Shown piece after piece: positions 1 to 13,091 of a DNA stretch of 64,000 nt. The stretch covers positions 3,658,001 through 3,722,000 of the forward strand of contig NC_135771.1 of the NCBI RefSeq assembly GCF_052425735.1, in the 5' to 3' direction. Position numbers and translations under genes: made by a program. The notes under the pieces were generated by a model that saw only the letters and a list, made by a program, of their open reading frames with translations, was not told the origin of the DNA and searched no databases. The DNA comes from Oculina patagonica (taxonomy: Eukaryota). Each line of letters begins with the position of its first letter. Within the stretch, counting starts at the first letter, position 1.

Positions 1-51
1 TGGGAAAAGTTTCATGATTTTTATGTTGGTCATTGCTTTTATTGATTTGGT

Positions 52-67
52 GGCTCCTAAAGGAGCC
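52..67 (-). promoter_or_regulatory. Histone mRNA 3' stem-loop (H3)
   Basis: GGCTCCTTTAGGAGCC followed by ACCAA on the minus strand, ~30 nt after the stop. Confidence 0.97.
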
Positions 68-94
68 GTTTGTTTTGTGAGGGATGTTATCCAC

Positions 95-535
<441 letters not shown>

Positions 536-559
536 CTATTTTCCGTTTAGTGTTAGGCG

Positions 560-1325
<766 letters not shown>

Positions 1326-1349
1326 ACTGTACTACCAACACAAACAAAC

Positions 1350-1365
1350 GGCTCCTTTAGGAGCC
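1350..1365 (+). promoter_or_regulatory. Histone mRNA 3' stem-loop (H4)
   Basis: GGCTCCTTTAGGAGCC-ACCAA. Confidence 0.97.
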
Positions 1366-2366
1366 ACCAAATCTCTCAAAAGTCACGATCAATAGAATAG
1401 TCAGTGTGAATGCTCTTCCAAAAGAAACCCTAGAAGTTATTTCAGTAGTATTAAAGTTCGAAACAACGAATAAAACTAACTGCAACCTTTAACGCACTTT
1501 TCTTACGATCGATTACGAGATATTAAAATAGTTTCCCTGTTCCTTTTTTTACAACCTTAGCTATGATAAACTAGTATTTGATCTTAATGGCATCAAATAA
1601 AAGTTCAACCGCGCTTAAGGAATACACGCACTCTTTACTGCGAACAAATTTCGCAAGCAAAATAAATTTTGTTCTGATTTGTTGTTACAAGCTATTGTAT
1701 TTTCGAAATCAGAAGTTGCATGAAATTGAGTAGGCGCATAGTTGAAGATTTTAGTTTAGTCCTCATCTGTTTAGTGAAAAACTGTCTAAATGTCGTTTAT
1801 TTTTGCAGACATAAAAATCAGTACGTCTAAGTATTAAACGTAAAACTTCCCAATAAAAGTATTTGGTAGCGATTGAGTTCGTTATACACTACGCAATGTG
1901 GTCGAATTTTAATTTAAGCGCCTTTTCTTTCATTAGCGTATCCGCGCGCACTGTCGCGTGAACTATATTGTCTATATTAGCATAATAAAGAATGAGAGCT
2001 AACTGAATTTCAATTTGCATTTGTTGAGACAATGTTGACACGAGTGCTGAATACACAATAAGTCGGTTATTGTAACGGCGGGAAAAAAAAAACAAGCTAA
2101 AACTCAACCCGAAAACGGTAAATCGACGCGAAAAAAGACAGGAAAATTTGGGCAGGATGTCAACTTTTGCAGAAAAGGTGGTAGATCTAAGGGTTGCTTT
2201 CTCTTTTTAGCTCAGCTATAAAGATGAAAGAGCAGAAAGACTCGATCACTCGAATTCAAATATTTCTGGATCATTGCTTACAAGCTGGCGAGTTGTTTGT
2301 AAAGAGAATAAAGTTAAACTGATGAAGAAAACAATTTTGTTGATCGTGACTTTTATAACATTTGGT

Positions 2367-2382
2367 GGCTCCTAAAAGAGCC
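2367..2382 (-). promoter_or_regulatory. Histone mRNA 3' stem-loop (H2A)
   Basis: GGCTCTTTTAGGAGCC-ACCAA on the minus strand. Confidence 0.97.
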
Positions 2383-2404
2383 GTTTTTGTAGATAAAAGC
2401 TTAT

Positions 2405-2785
2405 TTAAGCTTTTGCTTTCTTCTCAGTCTTCTTGGGCAGAAGTACAGCCTGGATGTTGGGAAGAACGCCTCCCTGTGCGATGGTGACACCGGCGAGCAG
2501 TTTGTTCAACTCCTCGTCATTACGGACAGCCAGCTGAAGGTGGCGGGGGATGATTCTTGTCTTCTTGTTGTCACGAGCAGCGTTGCCCGCCAACTCGAGG
2601 ATTTCAGCGCTCAAATACTCGAGCACAGCAGCCAAGTACACTGGAGCACCGGCGCCAACACGCTCTCCGTAGTTGCCTTTGCGGAGAAGACGGTGGATAC
2701 GACCAACTGGGAACTGAAGCCCTGCTCGGGATGAGCGGGTCTTGGACTTGGTGCCCTTAGCTTTTCCTTTACCGCGACCAGACAT
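2405..2785 (-). CDS. H2A: Histone H2A, canonical
   Basis: 126 aa containing [20 protein letters not shown]...VLLPKKT; no SQEY tail. Confidence 0.99.
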   Translation of the reverse strand: MSGRGKGKAKGTKSKTRSSRAGLQFPVGRIHRLLRKGNYGERVGAGAPVYLAAVLEYLSAEILELAGNAARDNKKTRIIPRHLQLAVRNDEELNKLLAGVTIAQGGVLPNIQAVLLPKKTEKKAKA

Positions 2786-2844
2786 GTTGTGTTTGAATTT
2801 ACCTTCACGAAATATGTAGAAGATTAGATAAAATGATGAAGACC

Positions 2845-3075
2845 TTGAAATTTATAGCTTATTTTTTATGCAAGGAGGATCGAAAAGCACCAATCAAAAC
2901 TTTGTTGACTGATAGCATTTCAAAGAACCTTTGTATTGACATGCATACAAAAGGATATTGACCTCGAGGGTTAGTACAGTATTGAAATAGCATGTATAAA
3001 GGCTGACCAATCAGTGAGCACAAATTTCGATCCGTATGTTAATTGATCTTTTAGTCATTCTACTATAAATACAAG
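2845..3075. promoter_or_regulatory. Divergent H2A/H2B promoter region
   Basis: H2A side: TATAAAT on minus ~2850-2856 and TTTCGATCC on minus 2877-2885. CCAATCA at ~2890 and ~3007. H2B side: TTTCGATCC ~3025-3033 and CTATAAATA 3063-3071. Confidence 0.8.
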
Positions 3076-3115
3076 ATTCGTTGAGTTGTCAGGCATTCAT
3101 TTCTGATCTACTGAC

Positions 3116-3487
3116 ATGGCACCCAAAGTTGCAGGAAAGAAAGGCGAGAAGAAAGCCGGCAAGGCAAAGGCCGCGGCTGGTGAAAAGAAGAAGAGAAGGG
3201 GAAAGAGAAAGGAAAGCTATGCTATCTACATCTACAAGGTGTTGAAGCAAGTTCACCCTGACACTGGTATCTCCAGCAAAGCCATGGGCATCATGAACTC
3301 GTTCGTCAACGACATCTTCGAGCGCATCGCCACCGAAGCTTCCCGCCTTGCCCACTACAACAAGAAATCAACCATCAGCTCCCGCGAGATCCAGACCGCC
3401 ATCAGGCTGCTTCTGCCTGGTGAACTGGCCAAACACGCCGTCAGTGAAGGAACCAAGGCTGTGACCAAGTACACCAGCAGCAAGTAA
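3116..3487 (+). CDS. H2B: Histone H2B
   Basis: 123 aa containing [28 protein letters not shown]...AVTKYTSSK. Confidence 0.99.
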   Translation: MAPKVAGKKGEKKAGKAKAAAGEKKKRRGKRKESYAIYIYKVLKQVHPDTGISSKAMGIMNSFVNDIFERIATEASRLAHYNKKSTISSREIQTAIRLLLPGELAKHAVSEGTKAVTKYTSSK

Positions 3488-3519
3488 ACTCACTTTGTGG
3501 GTTTCCCACCAAAACAAAC

Positions 3520-3535
3520 GGCTCCTTTAGGAGCC
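3520..3535 (+). promoter_or_regulatory. Histone mRNA 3' stem-loop (H2B)
   Basis: GGCTCCTTTAGGAGCC-ACCAA. Confidence 0.97.
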
Positions 3536-3895
3536 ACCAAATGTTATAAAAGTCTATGACCAACTGAAACTATACCTACTAACTTTAGTTTTTATCAATC
3601 CCTTTGGATTCTCTTCTCTTACAAAGAGTGCAGATTATTGTGATAAAAAAGATCTTAGCGCAGGAACGAGAAACACTTTACGCATAAATACGGACATCAA
3701 TTAAAGAGAGGTACATGAAATAAGTTTCAGTCGGTAAAAAATTCCTTCCCTGCGTGCCCTTACTCTGTTTTTATTACTCAGTTTATAAAATTCTAGCATT
3801 CAGTCAGTTTCTAAAAAAATGCTATACAAGACTCCTGAACACAATTAACGACGCCGAGCGCAGCCTTTTTAAGCCTGCGTTTCAGCAAAACATGC

Positions 3896-4065
3896 AACCT
3901 CGTATCTAAGGTCTTCGTTCCCCTTGACCAACGGTCGGGAAACGAGCGTCAAGCATGCGCAGTAAGGAATAGCCTGCGTGGCCGGCGTTCAAAGGAGAAG
4001 GAGAAGGGGAGTTCGGGCGCGCCACGCAGGCTAAGTAAGGAACGAAGACTCGAGGAACGAGATTG
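3896..4065. mobile_element. Small TIR element (CAACCTCG...CGAGATTG) containing a nested 64-bp TAG...CTA MITE
   Basis: The inner element 3970-4033 (TAGCCTGCGTGG...CCACGCAGGCTA) is flanked by the 9-bp duplication AGTAAGGAA. The outer termini resemble the element at 9703-9801. Confidence 0.7.
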
Positions 4066-4572
4066 CTAGACATGCACAAAATCCTCGATATGGTCCGTCT
4101 GCACAACGGCTTCCAATGCAAGATTATTGCAGCGGACGCTCTGTTAAAAATTCTCGCGTATCACAGACGGGCTATACGGGGGTTTAGACTGTCTGTTTTC
4201 GTTCCAGAAGTTGCTAAGCAACATGTCGAGGTACCATTGCTTTCGGAGTACTCGTAAGTGCTCGCGCTAGTTTTTGATTGGATGGAAAAATTCGGAAACT
4301 CTTCGAGTGCTTCAACGAAGATTTTTCAAAACCGGCACTTATTCCCCCCGACTGTAGTTGAAATATTGGCCAATAATTTTTTATTCTTCATTGCGTGGTC
4401 CTCTGCATCCACAGGCGGCCCAGGCGTTGTATGCGATCAATGTGACATACAGTGTATAATGTGGCCGATTGCGTAACTCTGGTTCAGCCGTTTGAGACAA
4501 TGTATGAGAAAGCTTCAAAAATTACTCTAAATACTACATTTGTAAAGAAACTAACATAAAAATGGCTTGCCT

Positions 4573-4722
4573 CTTGCATTATTTTGACTTCTCTGTGTTC
4601 CTAGGGTGGGTTTTAAGCCATTTAAGCGATTTTCACTTTATACGGTTTAGCTTCCCCTAAAGAAAAACTAAAACGGCTTAAAACCCACTCTAGGAACACG
4701 AAGAAGTCAAACTAATGCAAGA
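4573..4722. repeat. Long imperfect palindrome, MITE-like
   Basis: CTTGCATTATTTTGACTTCT..GTGTTCCTAGGGTGGGTTTTAAGCC is mirrored by GGCTTAAAACCCACTCTAGGAACAC..AGAAGTCAAACTAATGCAAG. Confidence 0.7.
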
Positions 4723-6813
4723 CAACGAAATGTTAGCCAATTTTATTTCAATTTTTTTCCACCTTTAGCCAGTATTTAGAGCAATTTTCGAAGCATTCTC
4801 ATACATTGTCTTACGGCTGAAAACGTAACGCAAATGCCAACATCGATATGTCACGTTGATCGAATACAACGTCTGGGCGGCCTGTGCTGCATCCAACCTT
4901 GTTTTCACCGAGCTACGAAAGTAAGCAGAGTTGTTACACGTTTCTTGACTTAAAGATGAATTCCAGTCCGTACTGCGCAATCTCGGCTGCAATGTTTATG
5001 TGGGCCACACGAAGGAATGTTTACAAGCAAAACTAAAAATTCCGCGACAAACTTACCTTTTTCTTCATAATTAACGCCAGATATCCTTGCAGAACAGATA
5101 ATAACGAGTAGAGGAACCTTGCCGCTATTTGAAACCGACGTTTCAGCTCATCGGAAGTTCGTAAACGAAACAAACTGTAATGGCGGACTAAAAAACTTTA
5201 TGTATGCTGTCACCGAAGTGTAACGTTTCAACGAATTCAAAACAAAAACGAAAACAAACCCCGAGTCTGCGCAGTACGGACTGGAAATCATCTTTAACGT
5301 GCGAGTAACCGACTCAACAGAAATAGCTTTTTGCAGTAAAACAAAACAAAGCATACTTCCGAAAATTACTGGCTGAACAAAGCCACTTGTATGTAGCTAA
5401 TCAAAGCACGCGGATTTTCTCTGGAGTAGAAACCTCACTGGACAATTAGACCGGCGGGCTCAGACAGTTGTCTTTTAAGACAAAAAGTCAATTGAAAGTG
5501 TTTTTTTGTCCTCATTTTTTAAATTTTCTCAAGCTGCCAAAAATACAGGGTTTACGAAGATGTTTTTGAATGAATTTTCCCGCAATGCATTAAGTGTAAT
5601 AAAGAAACTATTATGCTTGCAAAAAAACTCATGTGTTTCTGTGAATGAAATTATACATGGAGGTTTTGTGACTAATGCGCGTTTCTATGGAAGTATATTC
5701 TTACGGTGTAAAGCTAATTTCAAGAATAATTGCTTCTTACTTATTTCAAATACCAGGATATTCTGGAAAGCCGTCCGGCTGGCGAGTTATCTGTGAAGAG
5801 AGAAAGAGTAAACGGAAAACTTGCAAAAGGTACGCAGATGGTTTTAGGAGCTCTTTAGATGTTAAATGATAATACAGCTCATATTTTTTAAAATGTCAGT
5901 TTTACGTGTAACGTGGTTTAAGCGCTAAATGAGCGCTATTTTTTAAAACTGTCAGATACGCGATGTGTAGAAGAAAGTATACTACCCTAACAAAAGCGAG
6001 ATATCTGATATTTTAAGTCAGCTAACAAAATCACCGCTTCGGATTTTAACGGCACAAAGTTCGTTTTTTTAAACCTCAACCCATATACAAGTAGATACGC
6101 CGGGCTCTTTGGGCTGAGAAGAAATTAATTTACCCTTGTCGCTGCAGCGTTAAGACACGAACCTAAAAGAAAAGCAAAAGAAATGATTGGAACTTATGAC
6201 AAAACAACCACATTGTTAAAAGTTATCGACGGTTGAGTGTATAATATTGTCAGTTTGATAAAAATGCCTTCCGGATAAGACAGTGTATTTATGTCTAAAT
6301 GTCGATTCGCCCGATCTTGTTTTGTCAATGAACGTTCGCGAAAGTCTCATTTCATTATTGCTGAAGAGATTAATTTTTTCTAGGGTATTATTTTAAAGCT
6401 GCATGCTGAAATGAGCGGAGTCCAACAGCCCTACGTTTTAAAAGACACTCGAGCCTCATTACAAATTCTATACTTATTCTTTACCTCTGTCAATAGAATC
6501 GAAGCAATTTTGTGTAATAATGACTTTGCTTTATCGAGTGGTGTTCGCGCGTTCATAAGTGGTGAGCATACGACAGTAAAACAAGGGGTTTGCATTGTAG
6601 TTGCTGGCATTTATTAGGGTTTAGGCAGAGTCGCGCAAAAAAACTGAACGTTTCGTCACATGGTTGTAGTAGTGAACTGTCTTTCAACCGCGCTCACTTT
6701 GTCGAGACTTGCCGCATCACCACGCAACAACAGTTTTTATCGGTGAGCCTTCTGTCTATAGACAGAAGACACTCAACGAAATTCACTGTGTTCAAGCCAT
6801 AACTTGCTCAGTA

Positions 6814-7573
6814 CAGTGGAACCTCGAAATAACGAAGGGCCAAGGGACTGGCAAAATTAAATATGTTCGCTATAACGAGGTTTCGTTATATCGTTTTTTT
6901 TTTTTGCATATATCTTACTAATTTTATTTTACCGAGGTCTTCGTTATAAACCTTATTCTTACACTTATTTTCGCGAGTACTAATTTTCGCGATTTTCGCC
7001 ATTTCAAAGTAATCAAGAAATTTAATAAGCGCGAAAAAAAAAAACATTGAGCGGAATTTAAACACGCGAAAATTAATACCATTTTTTATATACAAAACAA
7101 TAAAAAATTTAAGTGCTTGGAACTGTAATTATCTATCCTTGAAAATATCTTTTCGTCTTGTTTTCGACTAGCACCCTTCCTCTGATTACTATTTTCTTTT
7201 AATTCTAAATCGGCCAAAACCTCTTAAGTACAGTCACTAAAGTCTCCGTTTGCAGGTTCCTTGTAATTACAGTGAACCAGACCTTAGTCTTTGACGACTC
7301 TGGCGGCTGATATAAACTAAGCTTATCTAGATTATACTTATTAACGAGATTCTTAAATTGAGTGATTGCAGAGCTATTCTTAAATATTATTAATTTTAAA
7401 CACTGACAAAATCGCGAAATGTAATACACTTTTCCTCTTTTATTTGTCTTGCAATCGCGAAAATAAAAATACTTGCGAAATTCGGCTTGCGAAATTAAGT
7501 AAGCGCGAAAATTAGTAAGAATAAGGTAAACAGAGGTTCGTTACGTAGAGGTTCGTTAAATCGAGATCCACTG
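6814..7573. mobile_element. Tc1/mariner(pogo)-type MITE interrupted by a second MITE
   Basis: TA-CAGTGGAACCTCGA ... TCGAGATCCACTG termini. The inner element lies at ~6950-7528. Confidence 0.75.
6950..7528. mobile_element. MITE with CCTTATTCTTAC...GTAAGAATAAGG TIRs and TTTCGCGA subterminal repeats
   Basis: TIRs are visible. A clear homologue lies in the opposite orientation at 63124-63636. Confidence 0.85.
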
Positions 7574-7671
7574 TTGATTTCTGTTTTTGATGATAATTTT
7601 AATATTACTATTTACTAACTCCAGTCTACTTTCTGTTGTACGTTTCAGACTCCAATTAATTATTCTCGGCC

Positions 7672-8889
7672 ATGGTCTTTGTACGTCTTCGTTTTCTGTT
7701 CCGCTTCTTTCTCGTGACTCTTTTGCTGATTGCAGTCATATCCACATTTATGATGCTGCAACCCCACAATTTAAGTCACAAATCTCATGTCAATCAGCCG
7801 GAAAGTAATGAATTACGAATTAACACGATCAGCCCCGAATCCTTACGATTACTCTCCGAAGATATCCTACAGCCCACCGAAGATGTTTCGCCGAGTCAAC
7901 CAGCTTCCGGACTTTATCCGACGACGAAACTGAAACACGACAAAAGACGAAGCCTGGTGATCTTCGGGGATGATCGCTCGGGAACGACACTTCTGACGCG
8001 AATGTTTAGCGAAGATCCCAACATTTTTTCAGTGTATGAACCATTGTGGATAACTAGAAATTGGCGTCAAATGGAGCGAAATCGAGATCAAGTGAAAGAT
8101 GTTACTGATGTCGTAAGCGCGTTGATGAGCTGTCGTTTCGTGGATAACCCAACAGCCATGAAATTCCTCTCGCACACCTCGAGGAAATGGGCTCCGGGAT
8201 TGTTCAAAAATCCGTTTCAATCTCCTCCAATATGTAATGAGACTGACATAGAAAAAGGTAATTGCCCAAGCCCTGAGACGGTTCCAAAACGCGTAGAAGA
8301 CGCATGTTTACACCATTATAAACACAGCGTCACAAAGCTAGCCATTGTTCGTGTCCCAGAGAGAAAATTGTCAAATATCTTTCCACAGATAATCTACGAT
8401 AATCCAGACACTGAGATCAAGATTTTGCATGTTGTCCGTGATCCGAGAGGCACACTAAATTCCAGGATTAATCTGGGATGGATAAAAGATGTCGGAGTAG
8501 CGAAAAATTTCCCTGGATGGCCGCGGGGTGTATGCGAGGGGGTCGTACAGAACGTGAAATTTGGTGAGAGCCTCGAGGGAGACTTAAAGAATCATTATAT
8601 GCGGGTGCGATACAAGGACATTGCTTCCTCACCTGTGATGACCGCTATGAAGATTTACAAGTTTGCTGGATTTGAGATGCAAGAGAGCTTGATTCGATGG
8701 ATTATTCAAGCGACAAATCCAAGTAAAGAAACTCTCGAGCAAGAAGCCAAAAAAGCGTTTTCGTCGTTTAGAAATTCTACTGCGAATGTTGAGAAATGGC
8801 GACAAGAATCTCCCATTGAACGGACACGTATTATTGAAGAAGAATGCAGCGAATTGTTCGATTTACTTCATTTGGAGAGACTAACGTAA
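7672..8889 (+). CDS. Carbohydrate sulfotransferase-like (CHST1/3, Gal/GlcNAc-6-O-ST family) type II Golgi protein, paralogue 1
   Basis: 405 aa. N-terminal TM helix, 5'-PSB DDRSGTT, YEPLW, 3'-PB VRDPRG and C-terminal FSSFRNS..KWR. Single coding exon after an acceptor at ~7649. Confidence 0.9.
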   Translation: MVFVRLRFLFRFFLVTLLLIAVISTFMMLQPHNLSHKSHVNQPESNELRINTISPESLRLLSEDILQPTEDVSPSQPASGLYPTTKLKHDKRRSLVIFGDDRSGTTLLTRMFSEDPNIFSVYEPLWITRNWRQMERNRDQVKDVTDVVSALMSCRFVDNPTAMKFLSHTSRKWAPGLFKNPFQSPPICNETDIEKGNCPSPETVPKRVEDACLHHYKHSVTKLAIVRVPERKLSNIFPQIIYDNPDTEIKILHVVRDPRGTLNSRINLGWIKDVGVAKNFPGWPRGVCEGVVQNVKFGESLEGDLKNHYMRVRYKDIASSPVMTAMKIYKFAGFEMQESLIRWIIQATNPSKETLEQEAKKAFSSFRNSTANVEKWRQESPIERTRIIEEECSELFDLLHLERLT

Positions 8890-9702
8890 GAAATAAGAAC
8901 ACTGAAACTGTCGTATTTTTAACATAAAAAATAGATATTTCACTTAATGAAGATTTAATTGTTTTGACAATCGTTGTTCCAAAAAAAGCATTTCATTTTA
9001 GTTTCAACAAATTTCATTGCAGTTTTCAACAATTGGGTAGTTAGCTCAGATTGTTAAACGTAAAATTTCATTGCAGTTTTCAACAATTGGGTACTTAGCC
9101 CAGATTGTTAATTTTTTACTTTTACTGTTCAACAAGTAAGGGAGCCTATAGCTGTAACAATAGCATTTATATACAGTTTTCAACAATTGGACACTTCGCC
9201 CACTCAGTTCATTAAATCTTTAGCAGTGAGCAAAAACTGGGGCACCCCGGAAAGGCCTTGGAAAAAGGAAAAAGTCAACTATAATTGCTATCTACCACAG
9301 CATATTTTTCCCCTCAGTCGGAAACCGGAACCAATCACCATCCATATTTACCGCGCCATTCCTGCGCGGGTTAATTTCCCCTCTCGATCTCTTTCCTCAT
9401 TTGACGGTAGACGGGTGGACAGTCCCTCAATTGTTGATTGAAAACTAAGTAAGTTTTTGCTGTTCAGTTCCCCAAGAATCCATAAGTCTCTATTCAGAGG
9501 AAAGGTTTTCAAACGCGTATGACGTTCGATTGCCACCATCCACAATGGGCGAAGCGGAAAAACAGTGCAGTAAGCAGTTTTTAAACCTCTACAAACTCTT
9601 GTGAAACATTCCGTGAGTGGTTTAAGTTAAGACTACAAGACACTCCCTCTTTCATGCGCGAACTGGGAACGAGGTTGGCCCCTTTTTAGGAGTCTGGAGA
9701 AC

Positions 9703-9801
9703 AACCTCGTCCCCAGAGCCTTCTCGGCGACGAGTTTTCAAAATGGCGGCTCGTCGTGAGACGCCATTTTGAAAACGGGGAAGACCCTGGGGACGAGGTT
9801 G
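9703..9801. mobile_element. Short MITE (CAACCTCGTCCCCAG...CTGGGGACGAGGTTG)
   Basis: Perfect 15-bp TIRs. Confidence 0.75.
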
Positions 9802-10317
9802 TGTCCGCGAATGAGAGGTTAGAAGATGTAGTGTTTGTAAGTGGCTGGGACATTCAAAAGGGTAGTAACAGCACTTTAAATTTTTACTTAAACCGTCAAA
9901 ACGCTGTAACATGGCGGATTTGATTCACTTCTGTCTTAAGGATCTCGCACATGTCATAAGAAAAATCGGAAATAAAAGAAAAATCAGAAATAAAAGCTGA
10001 CAGACAATAAACCTTTTCTTCTATGTCCAACTGCACTCGAACCTACCCCCTACCACTTGATATCTTCACGATTTTTGCCGTCCACTTATTGAGTAAAGCT
10101 ACAACAAGAACTTGTGCTACTAATGCGATCATTTTAAACGTTCACTATCCTCGCTGAAAATGCTCGAATTTTCAATGTTAAACATTTATATGTGTGTCGC
10201 TTTCCTTCTCTTCAAACAAGATAATAGTAGAACAAATACCCTTTAAACAATATATTGGTTATCAAAATACGATGAATTTGAGTGGCGTTAAAGAATGAAG
10301 TTTTCGAAGTGCTGCAT

Positions 10318-11090
10318 AATTGCGGGCCCAAGAGAGGCCCGCAACCCTAATCTTGACAGTGACCAGCGGATTGCGTATTACGCGTGCGCGCCACGTTTAT
10401 AAAGACTATCTACAAAACGGAAGTTGAAAATTTTGTTCTTCCACTAAGAACGATCGGAATGCGAAAAATGTGTCAATCACGACAGTTTGTCGTAACACCG
10501 GAGAAATCTTCTCCAAGAACGATTGCACAAGATCTTGCTCGTCACAGGAAGAGCAAACATACAATTTGCAGACTTGTTTTACGGGTGTGCTTTGAAAATT
10601 TGCTCTGATGTATTACGCATAAACCACGGCAAAGCAAATGGTTCCACCGTATTCTCGAGAAATCGTTATAACACTGACAACATAGCGAGTTACGACCGAG
10701 GAAAATCACATCCAATTCACACCGCTTGCTCGACTACAGTTCACTAAACTGTCAATCCGACAAAAAAAAACATCTCTGACTGGTTCGCGGCCGGTTAGCG
10801 GCAATTAAGCGTGATTTATCATTAATCGCGCCTCGTTAATAAAAGGCGAGCACAACATAGCGAGTTTACCGACTGAGAAAAATCACATCTCAATTCACAC
10901 CGATTACACTTCCCAAAACGATAAAAACATGCATTCCTTGCGTGACGCGTTACTCGGGATAATTGTCTTTTGTCCATTTCATCATTTATTTATCGACACT
11001 GCCATCATATCTAAAATTACGCACCTCGTGCCAGTACCTTTTCTAAGTGCGTCAGGCCCGCACTTTCTAACCTGTGGTTACCACTAGTTT
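10318..11090. mobile_element. Helentron/DINE-1-like non-autonomous rolling-circle element, copy 1
   Basis: One end has TTGCGGGCC plus an adjacent inverted copy GGCCCGCAA. The other end has GGCCCGCAC, the hairpin TAACC-TGT-GGTTA and CTAGT. Confidence 0.7.
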
Positions 11091-11100
11091 AATTACAATT

Positions 11101-11860
11101 ACTAGTTGCGGGCCAAGAGAGGCCCGCAACCCTAACGACAGTGACCAGCGGATTGCGTATTACGCGTGCGCGCCACGTTTATAAAGACCAGCTGCAAAGC
11201 GGAAGTGAAAATTTTGTTCTTCCACTAAGAACGATCAGAATGTGCATCACAACAGATTGTCGAAACACCGGAAGTTGAAAATCTGTTCTCAAGAACAATG
11301 TGTCAATCTCAACAGTGTGTCACAAAGATCGAGGCCTGCCACAGGAAAAACTCGTTTTGCAGGCGTTGTTTCGGCGTTGGTTTGAGAAGATTTACTGTGA
11401 TTGCATACAGATAAACCACGGCAAAACGAATGATTCCAACAACGATTGATCCGAAAAATCCCACAACACTGACAACATAGCGAGTTCACCGACCGAGGAA
11501 AATCGCGTCCAAACACCGCATGTTCGATAAAATCATGCATTCCGCGTGACGCGCACCGGAATACTGTCTCTTGTCCAGTGATTTATCGACACCGTCTGAG
11601 AATTCGCGACCTGTTGGAATATTGCTGTGAACGAGACTAAGTGTTCCCACCGAGCACAATGCAAAAGGATCCGAAATTGTCGTTCAATAGAGTTGAGATT
11701 TTCCCCACAAAGAACGATAGAATGGAAGAAATGCGAAGTGTTAATCACAAAAGTTTGTCTAATGAGATCGACGCTTCTGTCACATGGAGGTGAAGGTGAG
11801 CGGAAGGATCTTAAGTGCATCTAGGCCCGCACTTTCTAACCTGTGGTTACCACTAGTTTT
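11101..11860. mobile_element. Helentron/DINE-1-like element, copy 2 (head-to-tail with copy 1)
   Basis: Same terminal modules: ACTAGTTGCGGGCC... and ...GGCCCGCACTTTCTAACCTGTGGTTACCACTAGT. The interior has diverged. Confidence 0.7.
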
Positions 11861-12042
11861 AGTCCTGTTCGTGCTACACGTTATCCCCTCTCGCCAAAAA
11901 GTGAGAAACTAAAGTACCTACGTTAAGATTGTCCGCCATATTGGATTTGAACGCCTGAAAAATACTGGGCACGAGGTTGACCTTGACAGAATCAGTAGAA
12001 CTGTTCACTTGACACGTAATAACGAGTAGTTAGTTATCAAAA

Positions 12043-12247
12043 TAGCCTGCGTAGCAAGCGTTCCCGTGCGAGCGAAGTGCTGCTATGTGTCGCGCGCAAG
12101 CGAAGATTCTGGCCGCGCGAAAATTGGGGCGAGAGCCACCCCTCACCCCTCCTTTCCCTTGTTTGCTCTCGCCCCAATTTTCGCGCGGCCAGAATCTTTA
12201 CACATAGCAGCAATTCGCACGCACGGGAACGCTTGCTACGGAGGCTA
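12043..12247. mobile_element. Palindromic MITE with TAG...CTA termini and 9-bp TSD
   Basis: TAGCCTGCGTAGCAAGCGTTCCC ... GGGAACGCTTGCTACGGAGGCTA, flanked by TTATCAAAA on both sides. Confidence 0.9.
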
Positions 12248-12359
12248 TTATCAAAACAAATAGTAAATGTCATCGAATATAAAAAAGCGAAGCGAGTTTG
12301 TTAAACCGAGTGTATACCATAGATCGGGGGTGGTGTAATGATACACGACGGAGGAAGGC

Positions 12360-12586
12360 TTAGGGGCGGACGATTATTTTCTTGGTAGGGGGTGGGTTGA
12401 CATATTTTCCTCTGCAAACTTTTTTTTAGCTTATGCACCTTTACAATTTTTTTTTTGAAATTAAAACTATTTTTTGTTATACATTTCGTGTTTGGAAACA
12501 ATGTATTTTGTCTTTCTAGGCCCTGCAAGCAATTTTTACAATATTTTTCATACCCCCAACCTCCAAAAAATAATGGTCCGTCCCTT
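12360..12586. mobile_element. MITE (AGGGRCGGAC-ATTATTTT ... AAAATAATGGTCCGTCCCT)
   Basis: TIRs; a related copy lies at ~25528-25711. Confidence 0.7.
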
Positions 12587-12588
12587 GT

Positions 12589-12893
12589 GGGAGGCGCAGT
12601 GGCCTAATGGTTAGCGCGCTCGACTCCGAGTCGAACGGCCCGGGTTCGAGGCCTGGCCGGGGCGCTGCGTTGTGTTCTTGGGCAAGACACTTTACTCTCA
12701 CAGTGCCTCTCTCCACCCAGGTGTACAAATGGGTACCGGCGAATTTACTGCTGGGGGTAACCCTGCGATGGACTAGCATTCCATCCAGGGGGGAGTAGCA
12801 ATACTCCTAGTCGCTTAATGCTACGGAAACCGGGATAAGCTCCGGCTGTATGAGCCTCATGGCTCGGACACAGACTTTACTTTTACCCTTACC
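12589..12893 (+). mobile_element. tRNA-derived SINE with CORE/MIR-like central domain, full length
   Basis: A box TGGCCTAATGG, B box GGTTCGAGGCC, central TGTGTTCTTGGGCAAGACACTT and a (TTTAC)-type tail. Several relatives occur in the window. Confidence 0.9.
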
Positions 12894-13091
12894 TAAATAG
12901 GTACACAGTATTTTAACGCTTAAAATAGGTATTTGGTATTATTTATATACACTACAGTTTTTCTTTTTCGTATAATTTTGTATGATTTTTTCTTCGGTAA
13001 GTTTCTATGGTTTCTGCATTTGGATATTTTAGCGAAAATTTATCGCGTATAGGTTAGCACCCCCTCCCCCCTCGGTCAACCTCTGTCAGTG

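Noticed and set aside
3540-6800. H1, U1/U2 snRNA or 5S rRNA linked to the histone genes
   Set aside because: No recognisable signature sequence was found by eye on either strand.
9000-9190. ~55-bp tandem duplication 3' of sulfotransferase 1
   Set aside because: A small local duplication with no evident functional signal.
12516-12798. ORFs within the SINE (also 19713-20241 and 47766-47999)
   Set aside because: They are translations of SINE sequence, not genes.
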